This document shows positions 1 to 8,078 of a stretch of DNA of 20,000 nucleotides, in pieces. A program made the position numbers and the translations under genes. This DNA is from an uncultured virus (IMG/VR IMGVR_UViG_3300021085_002396) (taxonomy: Duplodnaviria; Heunggongvirae; Uroviricota; Caudoviricetes): IMG/VR virus record IMGVR_UViG_3300021085_002396. One strand, written 5' to 3'. Under the pieces are notes generated by a model. It made no database searches. It was not told the DNA's origin and was given only the letters and a program-made list of their open reading frames with translations. Each line of letters begins with the position of its first letter. Positions within the stretch are counted from its first letter, which is position 1.

Positions 1-46
1 TGACTAAAATGTCGAACGGATTACGTTCGTAAATTAATGTACTCAT
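1..46 (-). CDS. 5' end of a gene running off the window; probable small heat-shock protein (Hsp20)
   Basis: Manual translation from ATG at 46 gives MSTLIYERNPFDILV, which resembles the N-termini of phage/Bacteroidota Hsp20 proteins. It has its own promoter (123-153). Only 15 codons are visible. Confidence 0.45.
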   Translation of the reverse strand, partial: MSTLIYERNPFDILV

Positions 47-61
47 ATCATTATGTTTTGT

Positions 62-114
62 GATGTCCTAAGATCATCGGGTTAAAATAAAAAATCGCTC
101 TCGAGTCGACCTTT
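62..114 (-). promoter_or_regulatory. Tandem bulged-A hairpins in a 5' leader
   Basis: GUCG-A-CU-CGAG-AG-CGAU (110-94, extendable with AAAG/UUUU to 114-90) and GAUG-A-UC-UUAG-GA-CAUC (78-62) have the same architecture but different sequences. Confidence 0.5.
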
Positions 115-122
115 ATATAATA

Positions 123-153
123 TAAATATATGAAAAAAAACTAAACGAACCAA
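123..153 (-). promoter_or_regulatory. Bacteroidota-type promoter (-33/-7)
   Basis: TTGG(153-150)-N19-TATATTTA(130-123); spacing is identical to four other copies. Confidence 0.7.
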
Positions 154-170
154 CTACCTATTAAATTATA

Positions 171-1190
171 TTAATTATCTTCCCATATTACATCTACATG
201 TTCTATTTCTCCTTGTAATTGTTTAGTGCGTTCTTCGTAATTATCTTTTAGATTAGTCCAACCAACTATCTTACCTAAAGGTGGGTTCCTAGTTAAATAG
301 AAAGGTATGTTAGTATCGTCGAGCCATTTACTCCAGTCTGAGTTATCTACACATCGTTTATAATTTGCTTCGTTTTTATTAAGACTAGGAGTAAAGAATA
401 AAAACTCTCCTTCTATATTTTCAACGTTTGTTACGTCAAATTCAATAGGAGGGTCTTCTTCAAAATAAGTTTCTCTATATGATTTCCCAAAAATAGAAGA
501 ATGTATATGAACATCGTAATCCGCATAGTCACCAGGAAAACATGATTGAAGTTCCTTAACCGTAAGAGTTAATGAAGTTACGTGTTGTGCTTCTTTTCTC
601 ATAAATTTAACATAAACGTAATCTGCGGATTCTTTTTTACTAAGACTCTGTATACTCCTTGGTAAGACTATTGACGGTTCGTATTGATGTATAAGGTCAT
701 TAATTAGGTGACAGTTTTCTTCGAATACTGTTTGGTCTAAAATTTCGAATTGCTTAGGAGCGAGATCAATAAATGCTTGACGTTTTTCCGGCCAATTCAT
801 ACTCTTAAACTGCAGCAATTGTTTATGATCCCAGTTATGCTTCCAAGCTTTAAGTGTGGTGATTCCCGTTGTGAAACATCTGTGTATTAGCTGAGTCTCA
901 GCAATTGTCATTTTTTGTTTTGCCCAATGTGGAAATTTCTTTCCTTTTATTGCTTTATTAACATTGCTTATAGCAGTATTTAATTTTATGCTAATATCTT
1001 TTTTATCTTTTTGGGATACTGAGCTCGATTTAGAATTACCGTCCAATGCCCATTTGACATTCGTAGCTTCCATATCATTTGAAGGCTTGTTTTTAAGAAA
1101 GCAATAAACCCATTTTCTAACTGCCGGTGTATCAAGTAGTCTGATATCCAGTGTAACTTTAGATTTATATGTAACTTTAAGGTTGTACAC
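171..1190 (-). CDS. Hypothetical protein (339 aa, GTG start)
   Basis: Long ORF starting 1 nt after the polymerase stop; no catalytic motif recognised. Confidence 0.75.
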   Translation of the reverse strand: MYNLKVTYKSKVTLDIRLLDTPAVRKWVYCFLKNKPSNDMEATNVKWALDGNSKSSSVSQKDKKDISIKLNTAISNVNKAIKGKKFPHWAKQKMTIAETQLIHRCFTTGITTLKAWKHNWDHKQLLQFKSMNWPEKRQAFIDLAPKQFEILDQTVFEENCHLINDLIHQYEPSIVLPRSIQSLSKKESADYVYVKFMRKEAQHVTSLTLTVKELQSCFPGDYADYDVHIHSSIFGKSYRETYFEEDPPIEFDVTNVENIEGEFLFFTPSLNKNEANYKRCVDNSDWSKWLDDTNIPFYLTRNPPLGKIVGWTNLKDNYEERTKQLQGEIEHVDVIWEDN

Positions 1191-1191
1191 T

Positions 1192-3723
1192 CTAGTGACC
1201 GTCTTTCCAGTTATTAGCTATCTCTGGAGGAGCTTTTAAAGTTACGCCAGGTAGTATTGTAGTATTCTCCATTAACTCTTGGACTATAGGGGCGAACATC
1301 TTAGCATCTTTCTCATCTACGTTAACAACAAGTTGATCATGAACCTGTGCTTGCACTATAGCATCGATACCTAATTCTTTAGCTTTTCTATTAATCTTTA
1401 AAGCAGCTCTATTGACTACAGCAGCTGCTAATGATTGCAATTGAAAGTTTAAGCAGTTATTTCTACCGTTTCTATAATCTCTATAAGTCTGTAAAGCTTC
1501 AGCTTTAGCTTTATCTCTAACAAAACGAGTAAAAGCATCGGTATACATTTGATTAATCTGTTGAGGAGGCATAGACTCTTTTACCTTAGGAGCTCCTATA
1601 ATTTCATGAAACGATTCTAAGTCCCAAGTATCCCCATCTGATATTTTATCCCAAGTCTCTTCTCTCCACTTTTCAGTTAGAGTAGTATCTTGCCAATCTT
1701 GTCTATATCTCCAGTTTAGTATATTACATTTAACATCACCAGATTTCTTATCTATATAAGTACCGTGCTCTTCTTGTATTCTCTGCACCTTAGGTAAATG
1801 ACGTATCCTGCCAAGATAATTAGTAATTCTACCATGAGTTTCTACTTGTAATCTAGAATCCTCTCTCCATTTAGCTAATCCTGGGAATCCCTCTAGATAA
1901 CCTTTGATTAACTCTTCAGCTACATTCTGCTCTACTCCTAAAGTCATTTTTAAAGCAAATGCCTCCATACCGTATGCAACTCCTAACGAATAAGCTTTAG
2001 CTTTATTTCTCTTTACAGGATCTAACTTCTTAAGATAGTTATCAGCTTTTTTATCAGCAGATACTCCTTCAAGATTTTCAGTTTGTATAGCTACATAAGA
2101 ATAAAAGTCCCAATTATTAGCAAATATCTCTTGCAGTTTTTTATCTCCTGATACAGATGCAAAGCAGTGAGGTTCTAGAGATTCGTAATCACAGTCAATA
2201 ACTTTTCTACCTTTACCAGCAGTCAGGAAAGCTCTAACTATATTAACATACTTCATAATAATAGGAGCATCTTCTCCTTCTTCTAAAGGCTTAGGTAGCT
2301 GTTGAGCATCAGATCCATAACGACCAGATACTGTACCGTTCTGCTTAAAGTAAAAGAAGTACTTACCGTCTTCCTGACGGTCTCTAAACCTGTCTACGTA
2401 GGTAGATTTAATCTTAAGTAACTTATTATATATACGTAAGTTTTCAGCCCAGGGATACTTCTTAGCTAACTCTTCTACCATAGTCATATCAAATTTATCT
2501 CTACCTGACTTGGTATTAGCACCTGACGTTTTAGGCTTTTCTTTTAGGTATTGAAAAACTATTTCACCTAAATGCTTCTTAGATTGAATATTAATATAAT
2601 CTCCATCATTAGATTCTCTCCACAAGTCCATAGATATACGAGCCTGTTCTTTTAACTCAATCAATTCTAAATTACCAGTGAGAAGAAACTCTTTAATGTT
2701 AGAGTCTTCTAACTCCTCTATATTCTTTTGAGTAATAGAATACTTACCTGTCTTTTCAGACTTAGGTAACGGTAATGAATACCTGCTAATTAATCTCTGA
2801 GCCCAAGTACCTTTATGATTAGGAGGGTAAGCAGACGTAGCAGTATGTATTACCCATTCCTGAACCTGTCTTAAGTCAAGTAGGGATTTCATAACAATCT
2901 CTTTATTCTCTTTCTGATCTTTTTCAATCTCACTATGAATCTTTTCAATAAGGTCATTATCTAAATCTACTCCATAAGCTTCCATAGGAACAGTAACTTC
3001 TCTATAGATTGGCATTACCTCATCTTCAAAGAAGAATTTAGTTAGTCCTTCTTCTTCAAGTTTTTTAAGGTACATATTACATATACGTAATGTTAAATCG
3101 GTATCTGCAGAAGCATACTTAGAAAGAATACTAAGATCGGCTTTATAAATTTCATATAAATCTTTAGTAACAGAACCTCCGTTACCTTTAATACTCTCTT
3201 TCAATTCTACTTGCTCATCATTAGCCGCTTTGTCCATATCAAGACCTAGCTCTTTCTGATTCATCTTAGCAATAGACTTTAAACCAAAGGGGTTACCAAA
3301 ACCAAATGCTCCTTCTTCAAATACAGTATGTACTAGTAATCCAGTATCTACCCATACGTCAGGTAATAAATCAACTCCTAAGTAATTCTTAATAAATTGA
3401 ACATCAAACGATGCGTTATGGAATACTAGTTTTTTACCTTTAAGTAAGTTAAGTAAGTTTCTGGAAATAGTCTCAGTAGAAGTACCATCGATAGTTTGCA
3501 ACTCTAATTCTCCTTTATCAAAGTTCCATACTAACGTAGGAAGATAAAATCCTATACCTTCATCACCAGAAACAGACCAACCTACTATCTTATCCTTCCT
3601 AGGATTAAGACCAGTAGTCTCTGTATCGACTGCAAGTATATCAGATTCTACAATATGCTGATGTAATAATTTTAAGTCCGCTTTATCTTGGACTGTGTAG
3701 TACTTTTTTTCTAAGTTAGCCAT
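1192..3723 (-). CDS. polA: Family A DNA polymerase with 3'-5' exonuclease and no 5'-3' exonuclease
   Basis: ExoI DTETTG, ExoII HNASFD, ExoIII YASAD; TVSGRY, motif A DYESLE, motif B RNKAKAYSLGVAYG, motif C VHDQ. Confidence 0.97.
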   Translation of the reverse strand: MANLEKKYYTVQDKADLKLLHQHIVESDILAVDTETTGLNPRKDKIVGWSVSGDEGIGFYLPTLVWNFDKGELELQTIDGTSTETISRNLLNLLKGKKLVFHNASFDVQFIKNYLGVDLLPDVWVDTGLLVHTVFEEGAFGFGNPFGLKSIAKMNQKELGLDMDKAANDEQVELKESIKGNGGSVTKDLYEIYKADLSILSKYASADTDLTLRICNMYLKKLEEEGLTKFFFEDEVMPIYREVTVPMEAYGVDLDNDLIEKIHSEIEKDQKENKEIVMKSLLDLRQVQEWVIHTATSAYPPNHKGTWAQRLISRYSLPLPKSEKTGKYSITQKNIEELEDSNIKEFLLTGNLELIELKEQARISMDLWRESNDGDYINIQSKKHLGEIVFQYLKEKPKTSGANTKSGRDKFDMTMVEELAKKYPWAENLRIYNKLLKIKSTYVDRFRDRQEDGKYFFYFKQNGTVSGRYGSDAQQLPKPLEEGEDAPIIMKYVNIVRAFLTAGKGRKVIDCDYESLEPHCFASVSGDKKLQEIFANNWDFYSYVAIQTENLEGVSADKKADNYLKKLDPVKRNKAKAYSLGVAYGMEAFALKMTLGVEQNVAEELIKGYLEGFPGLAKWREDSRLQVETHGRITNYLGRIRHLPKVQRIQEEHGTYIDKKSGDVKCNILNWRYRQDWQDTTLTEKWREETWDKISDGDTWDLESFHEIIGAPKVKESMPPQQINQMYTDAFTRFVRDKAKAEALQTYRDYRNGRNNCLNFQLQSLAAAVVNRAALKINRKAKELGIDAIVQAQVHDQLVVNVDEKDAKMFAPIVQELMENTTILPGVTLKAPPEIANNWKDGH

Positions 3724-4169
3724 ATTTCTTCTAAAGTTTGTTGTTTAAGATCGTATTCAATTTCGTATAAGTCTATCTTGCAAGGAAATCCAGTATCATT
3801 AACCCAATTATCAGGTAGTTTAGCTGATATCATAACTGCTTTTTGGCCATTTTTAAGCTTTTTATCTAATATATCACAAGTCTTAAAACTACCGTTATCT
3901 TTTTTATTACCTTTTCTCCACTCAAGTAGATTATTATTAGCACTCCTATATTGACTAATCCTATTGTTTACGCCTTTCTTTTTTCCTTCACCGTATATAC
4001 CATTTTTACGTACTCTAACTACACCTTCATTATCTTGTACTAAGATACGATAAACTCCTTGTTTATACAACGTTGCAAATTCTCTAGGACATTCAGGCCA
4101 AAATAGACCAGAGGGAGTTTTAGTGATATCTATTATCTTTTCCCACTCTAATTGATTTAAGTAATCCAT
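3711..4169 (-). CDS. Possible GIY-YIG superfamily nuclease
   Basis: GVYRI...KNGIYG...GVNNRISQY...EIE resembles the GIY / YIG / R / E arrangement, but the match is degenerate. Confidence 0.4.
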   Translation of the reverse strand: MDYLNQLEWEKIIDITKTPSGLFWPECPREFATLYKQGVYRILVQDNEGVVRVRKNGIYGEGKKKGVNNRISQYRSANNNLLEWRKGNKKDNGSFKTCDILDKKLKNGQKAVMISAKLPDNWVNDTGFPCKIDLYEIEYDLKQQTLEEIWLT

Positions 4170-4185
4170 AACCGTTTAATAATAT

Positions 4186-4216
4186 ACAATATACGAATAA
4201 TATATCAGAATGCCAA
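4186..4216 (-). promoter_or_regulatory. Bacteroidota-type promoter upstream of the nuclease-like gene and polA
   Basis: TTGG(4216-4213)-N19-TATATTGT(4193-4186). Confidence 0.7.
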
Positions 4217-4771
4217 GAAAGTACCTATATCTTTTTCTGATAATTTAATCTGATGAACTTTTTCTAGTTCATTAATTACTGCTTGTTTTGTAGGTATGTC
4301 GCCATTAAAATAAGTCCATACTAAGCTCTGATGTATAGTGTTTATTTTATTAGATAAAGAGTTTATCCTAGCTTCTATTAATTTAGAATCTGACTCTACC
4401 AATTTTACTTTAACGTTATACTTAACAGCAAATTTAATAAGCTCTATTACATCTCTTTCTTCGTATGCTTTTTTTAACTCATTAAAGTCATCTACAGTTC
4501 CTCCTTTGTCTGGGTGAGCATGCTTACTAAGTCTTTTATAAAGTTTTCTTAATCTTGGATCTGCTTCTGGTTTAGATTCTTTATCAGGTTTTTCCTCTCT
4601 AATCTCACCAGTTTCTTCATCAACCCACATAACCTTTTGTTTGTCCATTAAGTACTTACCGATAATGCTATTCCACTTATCAAGATACTCGTCTAGTTGT
4701 TCTTGATTTTCTTCGAGTTCTAATCTTAAGAACTCATACTTATGTGAAATTTTGGCAAGTGATTTGTCCAT
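4205..4771 (-). CDS. J-domain (DnaJ-like) co-chaperone
   Basis: LRKLYKRLSKHAHPDKGG...FNELKKAYE contains the J-domain HPD motif, flanked by coiled-coil-like segments. Confidence 0.85.
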   Translation of the reverse strand: MDKSLAKISHKYEFLRLELEENQEQLDEYLDKWNSIIGKYLMDKQKVMWVDEETGEIREEKPDKESKPEADPRLRKLYKRLSKHAHPDKGGTVDDFNELKKAYEERDVIELIKFAVKYNVKVKLVESDSKLIEARINSLSNKINTIHQSLVWTYFNGDIPTKQAVINELEKVHQIKLSEKDIGTFLAF

Positions 4772-5031
4772 TAGTACTCTCCATAAAGATCGAATTTCAT
4801 TGGTTCTGGTTCAACAACTTCTACTTCTTGTTTTTCAATAGCATAAAGTTTACCGTCTAATGGATCTAGTTGGTAAGATCCTTTAAATTTAGTTTTACGC
4901 ATATACATTGTAAGAGCCATTACAAGGCTCTCGATTGTTGTTCCCTGATCAATGACTAATTCCCAGTTATCTCCAGGAGGCATTCTATTCGCTATAAGTA
5001 CTCTTTCTTCCTCAATTTGTATTTCTGGCAT
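4771..5031 (-). CDS. Hypothetical protein (86 aa)
   Basis: Acidic ORF tightly packed with both neighbours; TAATG overlap at 4771. Confidence 0.75.
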   Translation of the reverse strand: MPEIQIEEERVLIANRMPPGDNWELVIDQGTTIESLVMALTMYMRKTKFKGSYQLDPLDGKLYAIEKQEVEVVEPEPMKFDLYGEY

Positions 5032-5033
5032 AA

Positions 5034-5708
5034 TTATTTTTTAGTGGCTATTAATAAATAGTATCCTTCATCGAGTGTATCTTGAAATTGTATAAACTCA
5101 TAACTAAATCTATCTCCTAAATGTTCTTCTAGTCTTTTATGAGGTATAAACTTTTCATTTTCTAAAAAAGCTATTTGACCATTTTTAGTTAACCTGTCGT
5201 AAACTTCCTCACAAAAATGAGTATGAAATTTAAAATCTTCGTCTAATAAAATTAATCTAGATTGTCTCTCTTCTTCTGGTGTTTCTGTAGGAAACCATTC
5301 AGGGACAGTCTTAGCTAGATTATCAAATTGTTTTTCTTCTACTAAATGAGGAGGGTTAAGAACTATTAAATTAACTTTTGGACCTGTATATGATTTAAAA
5401 CCATCAGACACTTTATGACTAACTTTAAAATTAACTCTCTTTTTATTCTCCTTATAAGAATCTGCTACTTCAGGATTAATATCTAAAAAGTAAGCATTAT
5501 TAAGGTTTAACTTATATGCTAGGTAGTAGCCCATAAACCCTGGACCGCTACACATTTCCATTACGGATGTAGTAGCATTAAACTTATCGAGAACACCTGG
5601 TTTACTCAAAAACTTTTCTATAAAGAAAGGTCCTCCTCCATTATGTTTATTTACATGACTGAGCGATAAATCACACCCCAGTGGTCCATTGATGATGCAA
5701 GTTTCCAT
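5034..5708 (-). CDS. Class I SAM-dependent amino-methyltransferase (PrmC/MTS-like)
   Basis: Motif I EMCSGPGFMG, motif II LDIN, motif IV LNPPH (NPPY-like). Its start overlaps the queF stop (TAATG). Confidence 0.85.
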   Translation of the reverse strand: METCIINGPLGCDLSLSHVNKHNGGGPFFIEKFLSKPGVLDKFNATTSVMEMCSGPGFMGYYLAYKLNLNNAYFLDINPEVADSYKENKKRVNFKVSHKVSDGFKSYTGPKVNLIVLNPPHLVEEKQFDNLAKTVPEWFPTETPEEERQSRLILLDEDFKFHTHFCEEVYDRLTKNGQIAFLENEKFIPHKRLEEHLGDRFSYEFIQFQDTLDEGYYLLIATKK

Positions 5709-6616
5709 TACTGTCTTAAAGTCTTCCTAATAGTATATTCTGGGTTAGTAAAAAATTCTGGAATTAATGATTGATGAGTAGCTCTAATAGGATTAATATC
5801 TAATCCTCCTCTACGAGTATATAAACAAGCAACCATTAACTGTTCTGGTTTACAAGCATCAGATAAATGCTTAAATACCATTTCACATATTTCCTCGTGA
5901 AAATGACTAACTGTTCTATGACTAACAATATATTTAGCTATTGATTCTGCTGTTGGTACGTTTTTACCTATAATCTTAATAAATACATCACCCCAATCTG
6001 GTTGGTTAGTCACTCTACAATTAGACCTTAATAAGTTAGAACTAAATCTAACAGTAGTAGTATCGCTATGCTCTTCAATATCAAGCTGACTTTCATCTGA
6101 TTGGAAAGCTGTAAAGTCTATAGCATCTAAGTTAGCTATTTCTCCTAAATCTGTATACTCTTGAAAAGATAAAGGTTCAGTTTCTAGATCTGAAGCATAG
6201 AAAGTAACAGTTGTTGTAGTCTCTAATAATTCATCTAGATCTCTCTTAACTCTTGCTTCAATACCACTAATACAATCAGCTGCATTATCTCCTATTCTGG
6301 TCATATTAAATGAATTCAAATATAATTTAATTGACTTAGATTCTACGTGAAATTCACTATTACTAGGGCAAACGATTTTTAGCATTCCTGCTACTGGTTG
6401 ACCTTTAGTAGTAATTGCTGATACTTCGTAACAATTCCATGTATCTACTCCTACAAAGCTATCAGATGTTAATCCGTAACCTTCTCTATTTAAGTATCTT
6501 GGTATTTTTACTAGTAGCTCAGGAGCATAGGTATCTTTGTACCCAGCACCTCCTACAGTTCCTAAATGTTTAGATGCAATATCTACAACTTCTTGATAAT
6601 TTTTAACTTCTGCCAT
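5708..6616 (-). CDS. queF: preQ0 nitrile reductase, bimodular (E. coli-type) QueF
   Basis: QueF motif VESKSIKLYLNSF, catalytic Cys in RSNCRVTNQPDWG, FHEEICE, RRGGLDINP. Start moved to ATG 6616 (MAEVKN) to avoid overlapping the upstream gene. Confidence 0.95.
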   Translation of the reverse strand: MAEVKNYQEVVDIASKHLGTVGGAGYKDTYAPELLVKIPRYLNREGYGLTSDSFVGVDTWNCYEVSAITTKGQPVAGMLKIVCPSNSEFHVESKSIKLYLNSFNMTRIGDNAADCISGIEARVKRDLDELLETTTTVTFYASDLETEPLSFQEYTDLGEIANLDAIDFTAFQSDESQLDIEEHSDTTTVRFSSNLLRSNCRVTNQPDWGDVFIKIIGKNVPTAESIAKYIVSHRTVSHFHEEICEMVFKHLSDACKPEQLMVACLYTRRGGLDINPIRATHQSLIPEFFTNPEYTIRKTLRQ

Positions 6617-6617
6617 A

Positions 6618-6983
6618 TTAACCTTTAAATAATTGTTTTTTACCACCCTCATAAACATAAGCGTGACCGTTTTCTATTAATAAATCATTAAGAGATTTTT
6701 CTTCTCCATCTATGAATATTTCTGCAAGTACTCTACCGTACTTACCTTTACCGTAAGATTGTATTTCAAACTTACCATCATTCATCTCTAGGTATTTTTT
6801 CGTAAATTCCGAAGCAAGTAAACCTTTAGCTTTTTCCTCTAGGTTTCTTGTTCTCTTTTCCCAGGTGTCAACACCTTTAAATCTTAACCTAGCTTTTACC
6901 CAGGTACTAAATCCTAAATCGATCATAACATCTGCTGTGTCACCATCTACTACTCTTAGTAATTTTGCTCCGTATCTAAACAT
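6618..6983 (-). CDS. Thermonuclease (staphylococcal nuclease-like)
   Basis: VVDGDT, RLRFKGVDTWE, KYGRVLA and LNDLLIENGHA motifs; no signal peptide. Confidence 0.92.
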   Translation of the reverse strand: MFRYGAKLLRVVDGDTADVMIDLGFSTWVKARLRFKGVDTWEKRTRNLEEKAKGLLASEFTKKYLEMNDGKFEIQSYGKGKYGRVLAEIFIDGEEKSLNDLLIENGHAYVYEGGKKQLFKG

Positions 6984-7497
6984 TTATAAATTTTAATATT
7001 TGTTCTACCCTTTGCATAGGGGAACCAGTTATCGTCAAGTAAGGCTGACGTACACCTTCTAATACTGCTTTAAACTCTTCATCAATATCTGTTCTCCACT
7101 TTTCATTTACACTTCTAACTCCATCATCTACAGAATCAAATTCTATAGGAAAATAAATATAATGAGTATATTCATGCTTTATTCTATTCCAAGTATCATT
7201 AATATACTTGATTGTTCCTCCTCCAACATTATCCATAAATCTTGTATATACTACAACATCCATAAAACATCTATCGAGAACTTGATTATAAGGTTGCAAT
7301 AAAGCCTCTAAGTGAAAACAGCTAATAGCTAACTGAGTAGCTTCTGTTCCTTTCTCATTAATAGGAAATTCGTAACTACTTACAGTTCTAGTAGACTCAT
7401 TTACGAATTCATACTTAGGTAATTTATTTTTAAGTAGTTCATAAACAGTAGTCTTACCTGTACTACTAGCTCCTACTAATGCTATTCTTTTAATCAT
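6976..7497 (-). CDS. P-loop nucleotide kinase (NadR/AAA_28 or dNMP kinase-like)
   Basis: Walker A GASSTGKTT, LDRCFMD, DDGVR lid and ITGSPMQR. Confidence 0.8.
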   Translation of the reverse strand: MIKRIALVGASSTGKTTVYELLKNKLPKYEFVNESTRTVSSYEFPINEKGTEATQLAISCFHLEALLQPYNQVLDRCFMDVVVYTRFMDNVGGGTIKYINDTWNRIKHEYTHYIYFPIEFDSVDDGVRSVNEKWRTDIDEEFKAVLEGVRQPYLTITGSPMQRVEQILKFINV

Positions 7498-7515
7498 AAA
7501 ACCTTTTTATTTATA

Positions 7516-7546
7516 TAAAGATAAGAAATTTACTTCGTATTTCCTA
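7516..7546 (-). promoter_or_regulatory. Bacteroidota-type promoter upstream of kinase-nuclease-queF-methyltransferase
   Basis: TAGG(7546-7543)-N19-TATCTTTA(7523-7516). Confidence 0.65.
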
Positions 7547-8078
7547 ATAATTCTTTTAAAAATTCTAACCACAAATATAACGATCTATCCCTCATAGTTT
7601 CCCACATCTCCGTTTCTGTAATACCCCAAGAGTTAAAGAATATTTCCTTTAAGACTCTTCCTTCATCTACTCCTGCAGTAACTTTATGTATTACTGCTCC
7701 CATTACTTCATGTTTTGCTAGATATGCTTTAAGTTGAGGATCTTTACCTTTTAATTCAGGGTACCTAGTAATCAAACCTGGATGTCCATTGTATATATTA
7801 AACTTATCACAAATTTCAGGAGGCATAATTCTTAACCAACCATGTAATGTTATTGTAGCTTCCGGAAAATAAACTAAAAACTCTTCATAATCCTCTAACG
7901 TAGGTTTATTAGGTAATGTATAGAATCCTTTTTCTACAATTCTAGGATCTACAGTTCGAAGATCTTCCGGTCTATCGTTAGTATAAATTCTATCAGGCCA
8001 TCGACCTATTGATTCCGCTATGTCTGCTATTTCTTTACCAGTTTGGCTAAAGAACGTTATCCACATTTTGCTGTCCAT
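7530..8078 (-). CDS. dpdN: PurN-like formyltransferase; candidate preQ1 formyltransferase (DpdN-like)
   Basis: GAR transformylase catalytic N/H/D in YNGHPGL and IHKVTAGVDEG, plus LHGWLRIM. The fold is clear; the dpdN label rests on the dpdA-like/queF context. Confidence 0.75.
   Translation of the reverse strand: MDSKMWITFFSQTGKEIADIAESIGRWPDRIYTNDRPEDLRTVDPRIVEKGFYTLPNKPTLEDYEEFLVYFPEATITLHGWLRIMPPEICDKFNIYNGHPGLITRYPELKGKDPQLKAYLAKHEVMGAVIHKVTAGVDEGRVLKEIFFNSWGITETEMWETMRDRSLYLWLEFLKELLGNTK

Noticed and set aside
1450..1790. Intein or intron in polA
   Set aside because: The frame is continuous, with no C/S...HN splice junctions or LAGLIDADG motifs.
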